Assembly: GCF_009834535.1 (NCBI RefSeq)
Contig: NC_045697.1
Location: 103,046,001-103,106,000, forward strand
DNA: 60,000 nt
Origin: Camelus ferus
Lineage: Eukaryota
Direction of reading: 5' to 3'
Every line of letters begins with the position of its first letter. Within the stretch, counting starts at the first letter, position 1. The notes below the pieces were generated by a model, which saw only the letters and a list, made by a program, of their open reading frames with translations, did not search any database and was not told the origin of the DNA. Shown here one piece after another: positions 1 to 14,200 of the stretch. The translations under genes and the position numbers were made by a program.

Positions 1-644
1 AGACACTTTTAGCTATGATTTTATTGCAAGGGGAGAAAAATCAGGAAAGGAGAGAAGCACGGTGTAGCCATCTACGTACTTAAGGGCAGTTGCCAGTGAC
101 TTGTATCGCTTTATCCTCGTCGTCCATGGGATTTTGTTATGGCTTAGTCCCTGTAGAGGGCAGGAAGGAATTATGTTCTGCTGTGGAATCATTTCATACA
201 ACTACTCTGTAAGAGAGTCCTAGTTTTTACGTGTATGACCTTTGGCAGGGGACAGTGCAGGGTGGGGGAGCATAGTAAAGGATCTACTTTAAAATTCGCC
301 TGGGTTTGCCCTCAGATGAGAGTCCAAATTCTAGACAGTTGCATCAGTTGGAAACTGATTAGGCAATCCCAAGCACTTAAATGTCTCACTGTCAGGTCGG
401 AACCAATTTTGTTGATGGATTAGTTATTCATAGCTCATGGTGGCAAGGGCTCCCAAATGAGGCTGTGCGCAGATTCACATGGCTGCCTCCCGGAGGTTGT
501 GATTCTGGCATAGCCCGCTAATCTGTGTTTTTACCGAGTGCTCCAGGTGGTGCTGACGGGAGCTCTTGGGTTGGTGTTTGGGAACTACTAAGCTAGATCC
601 TATAATACCAGGACTCTCCATCCAGTACAAGGCATTCTGGCTTT

Positions 645-1220
645 TTATGGAATATTTACAACATACAAAAAGTTTAAAGACTAGGGAATAATATAGTAAA
701 CATCTTTGTATCCAACACCCACTTGCTTTCAGTAACTGATGTTCTGAATTTGACAGTTAGAGTTAATCTTTATTATTCCCAATACTGGTATTACCTCTGT
801 ACGAATCCTTGACGGTATATACTATTTTGTATATTTAAAGGTGTTATATAACGATATTGGAGTATCCTTCTACAACTTGCTATATTCATTCCGCATCATA
901 GTTTTGTGATTTCTGCACTATGTACTTTAGTATTGCTTTGTCAAGTCCTGTGAAAAATCCTCTGGAGATTTTACTGAAATTTCGTTGATTTCATTTGGAG
1001 AAGGACTGACCTAGTTATGCTCTTGAGCACAATATTTTTCTAAATTTATTTAAGTCTTTGTAAGTTTCCTCCATAAAGTTCTTGCATGTCTTTTCTTAGA
1101 TTTATTTCTAGATAGCTGGGTTTTATTGTATCCTTTTTAAAGTCATGTTGTTAATGTTCATGGCTAGGACTATACTTGCTTTTTTCCAACAATTTTGCTG
1201 AATTCTTGATCTAATACAGA
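645..1220 (-). mobile_element. Old L1 fragments (L1ME-type)
   Basis: T-rich; gtgaaaaatcctctggagattttactgaaatttcgttga...tttggagaaggactgac resembles antisense ORF2. Confidence 0.6.
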
Positions 1221-1599
1221 CATTCTTTACTGCTTGTTACACTCACTGTGATGTAACTCTGAGTGTGTAATATGTACAACAAGATTGTTTAGATTCATGG
1301 GTTTTTGATCCCAGTAGTAAGTTTAAGAGGTACACAGGGAAGAGTCTAATCCCACTTCACAAACAGTGACACTCAGGTCCCTATAAATTAAGTGACCTGT
1401 GTGTCAGACAACTAAGGTTCAGTATTGAGAAAACACTGTGGATGTATTTCCTCCAGCCACCCTTCTGCTGCTCAGCTCCACCCTTTCGTCTTGTGCTGCC
1501 CTTGTGCTGCCTGCTGTCTCCTGACTAGTGTCCCCTGCGGGGGGACCACTGCTTTACAGGGAGTGTTCTTTAAAGATGCTTCCGACGCTCTTACGCTCT

Positions 1600-2020
1600 T
1601 ACCCGCAGCTCTGCAGGTTCTGGCGCTGGCCTGCCTCTCCATCTTCTTTCCCACTGTTCCACTCTATGTCTGCTTGAGTCTCACGGAAACACCTAGCACA
1701 GTTTTCCTCTGGACCTCGTTTCTCCTCCCTGTTTGCCTCACCCACTCTTATTTCTCCTTCAGACCTAAGCTTAATGGAGGCCAGCTTCACAGAGAGAGAA
1801 GCCTTTCTTGATAACCTCCTCCTCCCCCCAGTAGGCTGGTCTCTGTTTTGCATAGCAATCTGAATTTTTTCCTACTGTTCTTCACACTTAAATTTACCAT
1901 TCTGTTAGTCTTCCTTGCAGGATAGTAAATAGAGCTTCATGAGGTCAGGGACCATGTGTATTATTAATATCTCTACATTAATAGTGAGCACAGTTGGTAC
2001 ATTTTTACTGTTCAATGAAA
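1600..2020 (+). mobile_element. L2 3' fragment
   Basis: agcttcatgaggtcagggaccatgtg...gagcacagttggtac...tgttcaatgaa resembles the L2 terminus. Confidence 0.55.
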
Positions 2021-2812
2021 ATGCTGGTTTTAATGTCTCCCTATGGTCATTTTTTTTAGAGATGAGTTTTCAGTTTGTACTGACTGACCATCATCTTCCT
2101 TTTTTGTTCATTTCATTGCTGTTTTTGTCTGACATAAGATGGAAAGTTTGTGGTTTTTTTTTTAAAGTTAATCTTGAGATGATTTGGTTACTCTTAATAA
2201 TTTACTTGTAAAAAGTTTTTGATAGGGAGGAGGTGGAAAACCAGCTGAAATTAGGCATTTTGAGACTCCACGAATATCATTTCATCCTCCCCTTTAGCCA
2301 AGAATCTGGTGAACCATTCATAGACCAGTTCTCGAAAACTTTGGGTCCAAGATCTGCTAAATTTGAACATCTCAGGATTTTCCTTAGCTTTTTCCTGTTG
2401 TGAAGTGTCTGATGTGGGAATAAGAGCAAGGGGCTTTTTCCCGGAGACCACTGTGAAGCAGCCCTACACCTCCTGGGAGAAGCCCACTCAGTCACAGTGC
2501 GGGGGGCCTCAGCCCCGCACACGCCCAGAGTTAAGTGGGCGTTTTCCCTCTGTAACGCGGCGTGGAGCACACCTGGTTACTGTTTCTGTGGCAGAGGACA
2601 AAAGGGGTCTGGAATTCTAAGCTGCAGATACACAGCTCAGCACTGAATTGCTTTGAACTCCCTTTTACATCAGATACATTACTTCAAAGAGCAATTCAGC
2701 AGTTTAAGCATAAGATAGTCAGGTCTTCCAAACTTAGTGTTTTCTTTCAACATCCCTGTTGAGACCTAGAGAAAAATTCAACAGAAATCGGGAGTCTCTG
2801 GAAGGTGTAGAA

Positions 2813-3000
2813 TAGTGGTTTTCAAAGTGTGTGGTCCCCAGACTAGCAGCGTCAGCATCACCTGGGAACTTGTTAAGAAGGCAGGTTTTTAGACCCTTCC
2901 ACAGACCTATTGAATCAAACTCTGGGGATGGAGCCAGCAATCTGTATTTTGACAAGCTCTCCAGGTGATTCCGATTCAGGCTAAGGTGTGAGAACCACTG
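2813..3000 (+). mobile_element. MER5A hAT MITE
   Basis: TIR-like ends tagtggttttcaaa / tgtgagaaccactg; internal cagcatcacctgggaacttgtta and ctccaggtgattc. Confidence 0.88.
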
Positions 3001-3072
3001 GTTTAAGTAAGTATCTAGGCGAGTCATCAAGTCCAGTTGACAAGATGAAGCCTCTTATTGAAATAAGATGCT

Positions 3073-3166
3073 GGGGTGGGGGTATAGCTCAGTGGTAGAG
3101 CATGTGCTTAGCTGTGGGAGGTCCCGGGTTCAATTCCCAGTACCTCCGTTAAAAAAAAAAAAAAAA
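3073..3166 (+). mobile_element. tRNA-derived SINE (Vic-1-like), short form
   Basis: ggtatagctcagtggtagag (A box) ... gggttcaattccc (B box), poly(A) tail, degenerate TSD aagatgct/aagatgtt. Confidence 0.9.
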
Positions 3167-4279
3167 CAAGAAAGATGTTAATGAGTTAGAATTTGAAATC
3201 CTTCACCATTTTGAACTCTGCATGTTGTTAGGGGTATAAAATTGACTTGCTCTTTCCAGAACTTCCCTTCCTGCTGATATCCAGTAAGTTCAGCATTGTG
3301 ATACAATATGATAAGTTGTTTTTAAGAGGATGGAGGAGTTTGGGGGGAGAAGGGAATGAATGCTTTGTTGTTTGGCCTAGTGCGAGTTTTATAATTGTTC
3401 TTCTGGGTATCTTTTACTATCTCTGTTTCTTTGACCGGAAATAGTTTTATGGATTTAAGTAATTGTAGTTTTTCTTTAACCTGTGCCATTTATCTTGATA
3501 TAAATAGAAGAGTCTAAAAATTGTAGTGGAGCAAAAACGGAAAGATGCAGAAACACTTTGTCGCAGCTTGTGTTCATCCTAGTTAACAATGGGAAAGAGC
3601 GTGGGAGGGAAGAGCCTTCCTTTTTGCGAAAGGTAGTGAGTACGTTGGCCCTCACTGAAATGTGCACCTTTGGGAAAGTAGAAAGTGGTAAGGACTTCTT
3701 TTTCTGCAAATGCGTAGACAGTTATGGGAAGGAGGAAGTTCAACAGCTTCTGAAGACTATGACCTTGCTGATGATGTAACAGGGTGACTGTTTACTTGGA
3801 CTTTTGGTAGCCTGTAGAGTCAAGGCTACTTATTAGTGGTTGCGTTAAATGTGGGTTTTCTTTCTCTTTACCAAAGTAAATGCTGACCACGGTGAAGTCA
3901 GTCATCTCCCTGTGGCATCGAGAAGACCATTCAGTTGTATCTGCCGCCATTAAAATGCCTTCATGGGGACTTCCTGTCATTTGGCCTTTTTTTTTTTTAA
4001 TGTTTTTCACATGGTTCTTGAAAATTATCTTCTGTACTTTGAACTTCATCAACTTGAAAGGCCACATTGAACCTGAGCTTAAATTCTGAGATCTCGATTT
4101 CGAGCTGGCGCTAGCTCCCAGGTGCTTTCGTGTTCAGCATAATGGCTCGCAGCTGTTTAAAATGAAAATACACCTGAAGTCCTCTTCACTTGTTGGCTGA
4201 ATGCAAGTTTTGGCCCTTTGACTGCATCAGTCACCATGTAATTCGTGGCTTGGTCAATTTTACCTTAAAAGGAAAGCCT

Positions 4280-4560
4280 TAAAATCATAGCAATGGAGGA
4301 GGAATTGGTGGTTGCCAGGGGCTGAGGAGGGCATGGGGGTCAGGGTGGGGGAGTGGGTGTGGCTGTAAAAGGGCAACATGGGGAAGGGGCCCTTAGGTTG
4401 ATGGCAGTGCTCTGTGTCTTGACAGTATCAGTGTTAGTGTCCTCCCTGTGATGTTGATCTGTTGTTTTGCAGGGTGTTACCATTGGAGGAAGCTGGGTAG
4501 AGGGTAGGCAGTTTCTCTGTCACTTCCTACAGCTGCACGTGAACCTAGCATTATCTGAAT
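4280..4560 (+). mobile_element. Old L1 (L1MC-type) 3'UTR fragment
   Basis: gtggttgccaggggctg...gtgggtgtggctgtaaaagggcaacatg...gttaccattggaggaagctgggt. Confidence 0.75.
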
Positions 4561-5058
4561 TTAAGCATGGTGACCCCTGAAAAAGCATCTAATTCAGCTC
4601 ACAACTCAGTCACACAAGTGCTTTCCCTCAGGACAGCCGCTGTGTTTGGGCACACAGCAGAGGTGCTGTAGGAGTATTTTATTTTATTTGTCACACAGAA
4701 TAATAAAAAGACATACACTCAAGGACTGAGATTGAATAACGTTAATTTTTTTTAAATAAAAGTAAAAAAATTTAATGTTTCTTCATGTTGTGAGTATGTT
4801 TTTACTTGAGGCAGTGATGACAAAAATTTCCAGTGAAAGTTTTTTTTAAAAGTTTCGTGTATGTCCATTTGGAGGATGGGCCTGGGGACAAGTATTGACT
4901 TTTCCTTCAAGTTTATCTGAGTGGTGATATCTGAGTCTGATAACTGAAGCTGTAAGCCAGATATCAGGCTATGATGATAACAAGTGCTTTAAAGATTTAG
5001 GATTCATTGGCAACAATATCAAGTATAAAAATTAAACTAAAGCATTATGACCTGCGTC

Positions 5059-5493
5059 TTATAATCAGGGTTCTCCAGAGAACAGAACCAATAGGATCTG
5101 TATTATAGAGATGTGTATATATGGAGATTTATTGTAGGACTTGGCTCACATGAGTGTGGAGGCCGAGAAGTCCATGGTCTTCTGTCTGCAAGCTGGAGAG
5201 CCAGGAAGACTGGTGGTGTCAGTCCCAGCCTTAGTCCAAAGCCCTGGGAGCCAGGAGCACCAGTGTCCAGGAGCAGAAGAAGGCAGATGTCCCAGCCTTC
5301 CTGTCCTGTTCCGCACTCAGCAATTTGGTGATGTCCACTCACGTTGGCAAGGGTGATCTTCTTTTCTCTGTCTTCCAATTCGAGTGCTCACCTCCTCTGG
5401 AGACACCCTCACAGACAAGTGAGAAATACTGTTTACCAGCTCTTTGAGTGGCCCTTCACCCAGTCAAGTTGACATGTAAAATTAACTGTCGCA
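5059..5493 (-). mobile_element. ERVL solo LTR (MLT2-like)
   Basis: cagggttctccagagaacagaaccaatagga...ctgcaagctggagagccaggaa...cagtcaagttgacatgtaaaattaac. Confidence 0.88.
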
Positions 5494-8279
5494 CCGTGAC
5501 ATTATCATCTATGTCTAAGTTTCTCTTCACTCAAACACCCACGGCACATACACAGCTCCCTGGGAACAGGCACTGCCTGGGAAGGACCGACCACAGCACA
5601 GGAATTGAATAATAGAGCTGTGGACAGGGGAGGCAGCCAGTTAACTCCTCCAAGCCTGAGAGCAGCCCCAGTGAAGCTCACTTGACTCTAACGCATCTGG
5701 ATATTGCGTTCCAGCCCGTGTGGTGGTTCAGATATGTACGTATATGTTTCATTGTGCAAAGGATTTAAGTCAGTTTATAAGAAGACTTACAGTGAAGTGG
5801 AAAGTATTGGTAATAGTGCAGACCAAGGAAAACAAATTCAAAAGGAAGGTCAAGACAAAAGAGAAAGTTAGCACATACGTGTTCCATAAGGGTCACTGTG
5901 ATACAGATGTGCTCCTGTGCGTAGTTACTGTATGTCTGTGGTCCTCGTCTGGGTGGTTCTGTGATACTTTGGGTGTACAACACTGAGATGAGGAAGGGGT
6001 GCTTTAAAACCTTAAAGAGGTAGTTTCAGAGCATTTGTGCCTGAGTGTGGGTGGTGGGCAGAGCCGTCCAGGCAGTTTGCAGGGGCTCCTGCAGGAGGGA
6101 TCCGTGGGGCGGGGACAGTGTTCCCCAGAGTTTGCACTTACTCTTCCACAGTCCACTCGGGGCTCCCTTCTCCTGTCCCCATGGAAGGTTTGTTGTGAAA
6201 AAGCATTTGGTCACTACTTCTGCTTCTGTCCAAGCTCAAGACACAGCCAAGTGGACGTGGAGTTTAGATGGTGAACTTTTTCCCCCAAATACTGGCATTT
6301 GGCTTGTGTTTGATAATTTAATCACTGTCATCTACAATAGTGTTAGAAACAGATGAAGTAATATAATCATGTGTGGGATTTTATACCCAGATTTCTTAGT
6401 GAATTCCATTTTCTTAAGTCCAAGGCAAAAATGTGAAGTTTATTTATTCTTTTTTATTTAGTTAGTTCATTTTTTTTTCCTGAGCAACTAACTGTTCCTA
6501 GTGCATTATTTAGGGCATTGATTTTATGTTATTTATTAATTGATGAACACATGGTTAAGTTTTAGCAGTTACTATGTATTACTCTTACATAAATTGTAAA
6601 AGTACATAAATTACATAAGCTGAAGTAGACCTCTAGACAATTATTACCTGGCTTGTTTCTGAGTGGAATTTTTCTCTTGCCAAATCTACTGCAATTTTGA
6701 AATTTTAAGACTGTGCTCCACAGATTGTACAGTTCCCTGCATCCTTTTGCTTTCCTGACCATTATCCTCCACTTCTTTCCTTGTCTGTCTCTGCGACACT
6801 AGGTGGGCAAGAGAAGGTATCTCCAGACCTTTCCAATTCACTTAAAAGTTCAGCACTCCTCCACCCACCGCTGCTGGCTTACGGGGCTGAAGGAACGCTA
6901 GCCAGCTAGCAGCTATTACAAACAAAACACACTCGCAGAAGACCACGGCTGATGAAAAAGCAGTTTTGAAAACCACAGAAAACATTGGTTGTAATAAAGT
7001 AGTTCACTGATTGCAGTGATGTGGAAATAATGTTTTAAATCAAAAGGGCTAAAAGGGCTAATACCTTCCAAGACTACTACCTTCCAAGACTACCTTTGGG
7101 TGAAATAATATCAAGACCAGTGAATGGTGCTTTTTAGCTTTTTGTCCCCACGTGTGGATCGTCCTCAGACAGTGGTTTCTTGTGGGTCCGGGGATGTTTT
7201 GTGTGGTTGTGGGGGGGAGTCACAGATGATTTGCCCGTATCTGTAATGCCCTAGGCTCCTGAGCTACACTTGAAAAGAGAAGAAATCGAGGGGAGCTTGG
7301 CTTTTGTAATGATCTCAGGCTGATTCTTCCCCATTTTTCTTTCAGCCTCATTTGTACTAGATGTTCAAGCCTCAAAGAAAAGACCGGAGATTTATTTCCC
7401 CAAATGTATGTCCCATCCCCTTGTCTTTTTCCACTTTGAAATGCAAATATTCTCTTGAAAAGACTCAGCATCATGCCTAATCATCATGAATTAGCCAGAT
7501 CATCAGACCTCTGCCCTGGTATTTGGAAAAACGAGTTTGTTACGGGGAGGAGATGGGGAAGCAAAGAGTGTGTATTTATTTGTTCTAAACAGCAGAGCTG
7601 GGGGACTTTGAGCAGCTGTCAGTTTCCCTGAGCACTGTGTTCACAATCTCAGAGGGCCTGGAGAATGGGAGAACTGAAAAAACCAATGTTGCTAATTTGC
7701 CAGCTTGGCTGAGGATTCCTGATTCTTAGATACTGTTCTTAGGACTGGTTTGAAAGACTTCTGTTTCCCCTGCGTTTAGTCTGGTGTGGGCTTCTACTCT
7801 GCCAACAGTACTCCTTCTCTGTGTGTGGGAGGTGGGGAGATGAACACTGAACTTGCGGCTCCCCCATTTCACTTTCCTAATCATCAGTGCCCACAACTGG
7901 ATTTCTCCACTCTTGTGACCTGTAGCATGCGCGGAAGCCTGCCGGTAACACCCGTCCGGGTCTGCTCTTCATAAAACTGCTTCAGGGCACGTGGGTTATG
8001 TAACTAGAAGTAACGGGAACCTCCCTGATAAAAGAACTAGAATCTGGAAACATAGATTATGTTTAAATAAAAAGATTTAGGTCCACAAAGGACTGTTTGG
8101 CATTTTTGTCCTGCAGTTCCTTAAATGGTCAGTCTTACGCGCTGGAGTCCATTTGAGCAGCCCTTGGAATGGGAGATGGCATTTACATTCTATTCCATCA
8201 CTACCTCAGTTCTAAAACAACTCTCCGAGAGATGATGCTGTTCTCAGTTCCTTGCTCTCTCACACGAAACAAGCCATTT

Positions 8280-8665
8280 CTTTTGTTTGTTTATATTGAA
8301 ATATATTTGATTTACAATGTTGTATTAATTTCTGGTATACAGCATTGTGATTCAGTCATACATGTATATATTCCTTTTCATATTCTTTTTCATTATAGGT
8401 TATTAAAAGGTATTGAATATAGTTCCCTGTGCTACACAGTAGGACCTTGTTTATCTATTTTATATATAGTAGTTAGTATCTGCAAATCCCTAACTCCCAA
8501 TTTATCCCCCCCCACATCCTCCCCGCCGGTAACCATAAGTTTGTTTTCTGTGTCTGTGAGTCTGTCTCTGTTTTGTAAATAAGTTCATTTGTGTCATTTT
8601 TTTTTAGATTCCACATATCTTTGATGTCATACAGTATTTTTCTTTCTCTTTCTGGCTGACTTCAC
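8280..8665 (-). mobile_element. Young lineage-specific L1 3' end
   Basis: Shares gttccctgtgctacacag, tttacaatgttgt and tttgtaaataagttc with the L1 copies at 42.8 kb and 53-54 kb. Confidence 0.9.
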
Positions 8666-9731
8666 ATTTCGTACCTAAGTGGTCATCTGGCCTCTAGTCA
8701 CACATTCCCTCACCTGACCACCTGGTTGCCTGGATGGGATCTTCAGTCAGAATAAGGCAAAAGGAAAGCCTACGATTTTTTTAAGTGGTATTTGGGCAGC
8801 TTTTTGTAAACTAAAAGTAAACATGTACATGACAACAGAGTGGAGATGCCTTGTATGCTTTTTCCTGTGTGTTTCCCTATAATTTCATGACAGTCCTATC
8901 TAGCCAGCTCCGTGGCAGACTCAGCAGTATTTCCTTCTGTGACGGTATCTTTCCTTGAGCATCTGAAAAGTTTATCCAGGGAATGGTAGTGTACCAGGCA
9001 GGTGTTTAAGTAAGAGGGTCATGTTAGGAAACAGTTGTGGGTGGACGCTTTTGGAACATAGAACTTACAGCTTTGAAGTAGGAAAAAGGACAGCTGATTT
9101 TAAAGTGAGTTGTTTTTCAAAGAGAAAACTGATGGGAGCGTGTCACAAGGACACGGAGGTCAGCTTGAAGGGGCTGCCCCTGGCTAAATCAGACAGTGTG
9201 ATCAACAAAATTATTAAGGGCAGAAATGAATTACAAACCACTGGGGGAAACAAACAGGAGTCCAGGCTGATAATAAACAAGGGAGGGGAGGGGCTCTTGC
9301 TCACAGGAGACGCCGACGGCTGACTGGATGTGGATGGAGTTCTCTAAAATTCAGGACCATTAAGGACTGTGAAAGGAGACACTGACTTCTCTGTGCTTGG
9401 GAGGCTCACATGTGCTGGGGCGGAAGCTCGGGGCAGAAGGCCTGCACCACAGTTTTGGCACTTGGTATCTTTGACCTTGGGCCAGTTAGTTGTCCTCTTA
9501 GAGCTGGTATTTGCTAGCCTGTAAGATAGGGAGTAATACTAGCGACTGTCCAGGGTCGTGGCAAGGATTAAATTAAATCACACACATGAAAAGCCTTTAT
9601 GAGTTCTTGAAACATAATGTGGCTGAAACAGTGAAATAAGGAGCATAACTCCTGTGCACATCTTTAAACACAAATTTGGTAATGCTAAGTAAGTTTTCAC
9701 TAAACAGATCTTCAGAAAACTAATTATAATA

Positions 9732-9967
9732 CCATTGACCCCTGAGCAGCTTGGAGGTTAGAGGCGCCAACCCTCCATGCAGGGGAAGATCCATGTATAA
9801 ATTTAAATTTACAGTCGGCCCTCCATGTCCGCGGTTCTGCGTCCTCAGATTCAACCAAATGTGGATCGTGGTGTACCCAAGTACATGTTTGGTGAAAAAA
9901 AATTCGTGTGAAAAAAAAATTCATTCAATTTGTGTGGTTCAAGCCCACATTATTTCAAGGGTCACTA
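9732..9967 (+). mobile_element. Tigger2a/MER8-like TcMar MITE
   Basis: Inverted ends ttgacccctgag / ttcaagggtca; internal cagtcggccctcc and gattcaaccaa. Confidence 0.85.
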
Positions 9968-10012
9968 TTTACAGTATTAATATTGGTAACAATGCCAATT
10001 AAAATAGCTACT

Positions 10013-10121
10013 TTTTGTTTGTTTTGTTTTATGAGGGGGAGGTAATTGGGTTTATTTATTTATATTTGGAGGAGGTACTGGGGATTGAACCCAGGAGTCA
10101 CTTGAGCTATACCCTCCCCCC
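10013..10121 (-). mobile_element. Vic-1-like SINE with internal deletion
   Basis: Perfect 13-bp TSD taaaatagctact (10000-10012, 10122-10134); the segment between A and B boxes is missing. Confidence 0.9.
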
Positions 10122-10829
10122 TAAAATAGCTACTCTCTGTGCTTACTGTGTGCCAGCAACTGTGCTTACCTGTTCACACGTATTTTCATTTCGTCCTGAC
10201 CACAACTGTAAGAGGTAGGGATGCCTGCCGACAGGGCCACCGGGATGCAGTTGAAGTCAACTGTCCCGCGGCTTGTAGAGGGGGAGCCAGGATTCATGCT
10301 GAAGTCTAACTGCAAAATCCAGGCTGCAACCCACCACACTGCTGCTTCCCCAAAAAAGTCATTTTCCCCTCCCTTAATGATTTCTCTTTAAGAGGAAAGG
10401 GATCCAGAGTTTTCAGTAGTAGAGAATTTGATGTGAAATCCATATGTGCACCAGCTGCTTGAATTTGGGGTTGATAATGGTAAATTGAGAGTCCACATCT
10501 ATGCTTGAAGTGTTTCTGGAGGCTTTATTTCTGTTTATTTCCCATTGGTCAATCTTCATCATTTGATAACAAGTGTCTGTTTCCTGGAATATATTTAAGA
10601 GAATCAAATTGAACTCCAAATGAGAACTAATTACGTTCAGCTGCAATTACAAATGAAGCCCAGCTGCTTGGGGGGACACCTGGGGATGGCCATTTACATA
10701 TCAGTAGTGTGTGATGGATGAGCAGGCACCCTAGGCTGGCGGAGGGCTCTGGGTGTTACAGTAGTAACTGTCCCCTGCTGAGTGCTGACCAAGCCCCGGC
10801 ACTTGGGAAAACTAACCCGTGCAACGCTG

Positions 10830-11210
10830 TGAGACAGCGCGTGCAGTGGTTAGGAGCTGAGGTTCTGGAACGAGACAGCTCGGTTTGAATCCTGTCTCCA
10901 TTAGTTCCTGGTTGTATATTCAGAGGCAAGTCACTTAATCTCTCTCTACCTCAGCATCCACTTGTACATGGTGGAGGTAACAGCAGTGCCTAGGCCAGAG
11001 CTGCTGCGAGGATTAAGAGCTAACATTTGGTACAGCAGTTGGCATAAATAAGCTCCATGTAAATGGTAAGTAAAAAGGAAATCTGGGAGAAGTACTCTTA
11101 CTCCCAATTTACTAGGAAGAAATGAGGTGTAGAGAGTAAGTTCCCCCTTAATTGGCGAGTGAGTAATGGAGCAGGGCTTCCAGCGTCAGAAGTGCAGAAC
11201 TAAAGCCCAC
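10830..11210. mobile_element. MIR SINE relics
   Basis: gtttgaatcctgtctcca...ggcaagtcacttaatctctct...cctcag MIR core, then an opposite-orientation piece. Similar MIR cores at ~9450-9620, 13650-13790, 42220-42310, 43990-44130, 44340-44530, 48400-48600, 49880-50100, 55190-55310 and 58380-58500. Confidence 0.7.
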
Positions 11211-14200
11211 CCCTGACTGCTGCCCAGCTTCCTGGGTGCCCGATGGAGGCCTTGACCCCTCCTGATATTTTTGGCTGACACCCTGAAGTTCTTCTGCCTC
11301 TAACAAACTGTGAAGTCTCTAAGAACATAGCACTGTCCTGTGGTAGTTAAGCAAATATTTGGCAAAGGAAAGAAACCTGGGGTGAGGATAGGAGGAGGAG
11401 GTGGAAGGAGGGAGCCTGCCTGCCTGCCTGCCTGCCAGGTGCCCCCTCCGGAGCTGGCTCATTAGCCCTGCGGGGGAAACAGAAGCTCAGGCTGCCCAGA
11501 TCCATGCGGCTAGAGCCTTGGGCTCCTGCGTCTGAAGGCAGTGCTCTTTCCTTGGCATCATGCCGCCTGACCAGAAAAACTGGACACTTCGTGACTCTTC
11601 TTGTCAACTTAGTGTAAGTCCGTGCTGGTCTTTTCTATATCATTCTAATTTAATCTACATTGAATCTCTTAATCTGAGAATGGGACTGACTGGAGTTTAG
11701 AGGTGAAAGGGATGATTTCTAGAAATTTGACTTAAGGGGAGAAAATTGAAGTTCAGGTCCCACAGCTAGTTAGAGGCAGGGCAAAAGGCCTGGTGCTGTG
11801 TAGCCAACAAACACGGTGACCCCTCTTCTTCCCCTGCCCAGGCTGAAGTCACCCAAACTCCCGGAGGTCTGATTCATTATGTCTGGGATGAGGTACAAGA
11901 CTCTGCCTTTTTAAACAAGTATCTTGCTAAATCAGATGCAAGGAGTCTGAGGACTCTACTTTGAGCAAGACTGGTCTGTATTAATCAGCTTGGAATAAAC
12001 AGCCCAGGAATAGCAATATAATTCACAAGCGTCTGTTAATTGTAAAAATGTTTACTAAGGACCTATTATATGCCGGGCACTGGGATGATACAGAAGACAA
12101 CTCGCTTCTGCATGCAGGGGTCTCACAGTCTGGGTGAGGTAAAGTCAAATTAGCAGTGAAATGTTGCAAATGCTTTGATGAAGTCTGTTTAAGCCACAGT
12201 GAGAGGAATTCACCTCCATTGGGGGTGGGTAGAAAAACCAAGAAAGACACCATAAAGGAGGTAACACTGGAACTGAGACTTGGAAGGATGTCAACTGAGC
12301 AGAAGTGCAAGAGCGTGAAGCCCCAGATGGAAACTGCTAGGGCTCGGGGTGGCTGGGCGAAGAGCAGGGGGGAGGGCAGCTGCCCCGAGAGCGAGGTTGA
12401 GCAGGAACCTGCGCTAGGTCACGGAGTCCCAGAGCATGCACCTGGGTGCGTGATGTCACAGAGAAGGTGTATTTCAAGGAAATCATCTCTGGCCTACAAA
12501 AACACTCACCGGCCTGCAGTTACCTAGGGGGTTGGGTTCTCAGAAGCTGATTTCAATTTAGGCTCTTTTTAAGTAAATTTAATGATGGGGTTTTTTGCAG
12601 ATATTTTTATTGAATACAGTTTATTTCTCTGTTCATATTTAAATTTCATTCACATGTGTGTCTTCTATTCATGTATCTGTACTCAAGAGTAATTGACGTA
12701 TTCCTAGAAAGTAAATACTACGAAGTTGCTGTCTTTAGGCAAAATTAACTTCTCGTAAGATGTTCCTTCAAAAAAGCTGAACAAAAGAGGAGAAAGAGAA
12801 TGTTAAAAGCCACCTCCACAGTCTTTCTTCCAGGCATGTGGGGCTAAGTGCTGTCATCTGGTGGTTCTGAGCAGACCTGGATTCAGACCGTGGCTGGATT
12901 CAGCAGCTGTGCGACCTTGGGTGGCATGTCACGTTGCTGGGCTGATGCTTGCTTGTCCGCAGGGAGGACTCAGGGCTCTGTGGGAAGCTCAATGTGGGCG
13001 GGGACAGCGGCTGTCGCCCTCTGCACCTGTGCGTCCCCTAGTGCCTGACCCCGGGTCAGCACTGGATGGGCGGATACGTGTGCCCAGGCTCATTACCTCG
13101 TCTTATTTCAGATCCTCCCTCCTGCTGCCTTACCACCAATAACCCCACAAAATTATAAAGTGCCACTGCCCAGGGATTTGGGGATATGTGCATTGAAATT
13201 TAACTTCGATTAAAGTTTTCTGAGAATCTTTCCTTCAGTGTAGTTTCCCTGACATACCCCGAGGTACGGAATTTTATTTCATAAATGCGTGTACTATTAA
13301 CTTCTAAGTAGTCTCACCCTCTCCTCCACTTTCTTCTGGCAGTGTTTCTGTTTAGAAGGTCACTGACCACACCCCATGTCCAGGGACGTCTGTCTAGTGT
13401 AGATATTATACTGGGCACAGCTGCTCTGGCACCGTGGCCACCCCCCCACACCCACCTGTTTTCAGAGGAGAGTTGCGGTCCCTGGACAGCTCTCGGGCCA
13501 TTTCCCTGTTAGCCCTGGGCCACCTTTCTGCTCTTGGGTGACCTCGCTGTCTATCCTGAGCACCGACTGACGTGTGCTCTGGCCCTGAACTCTGTGTACC
13601 AGGCTGCCCAAGATGTCCCCAAAGCAGCAGTCAGCAGACTCGCACAATTTAGGGCAAGAAGGCCCCTTGGAATTCAGATCCCTTTGCTCTTTGCAGTGAG
13701 GAAATCGAGACCCAGAGAAACTAAGTAACTTGCTCAAATTCACAAAAGTAACAGTTACCATAGCCAGGGCTAGAACTGAGGCGTCCTGACCGTCACCTAA
13801 ATTCGTTTTTCAAGTCTTTGGAACGAAAGGGCCTTTATGTATGGCTGGGTAGCAGCCAGCTTATTTGCCATTATGTCTGTGTGGGCGGACATAGGCACCA
13901 GCCTGGCAGCTTTGTTATCAGAACTCTCTTGTGTGGTTTTTAAAGAAAAAAAAATAAGCTTGTCCACTAACATTGGGCAGATCACAACCTTGTCAGCCTT
14001 AGTCTGGTCACTAGACTGCTCGACACGGATGACTTGATGAGAGAATTTTAAACAATACTTCAGAATCTTGAAAAAGTTCACACATCTAGAGGGTGTACAT
14101 GGATGCTCTCCAGAACTCAGCCCCTCTTTCCAATTTTAGCTGTTTCTTTTTCATTCCTTTTCCTGTGTCTTGGTAACACAGAAGTGAGCCCAGTACCAGA

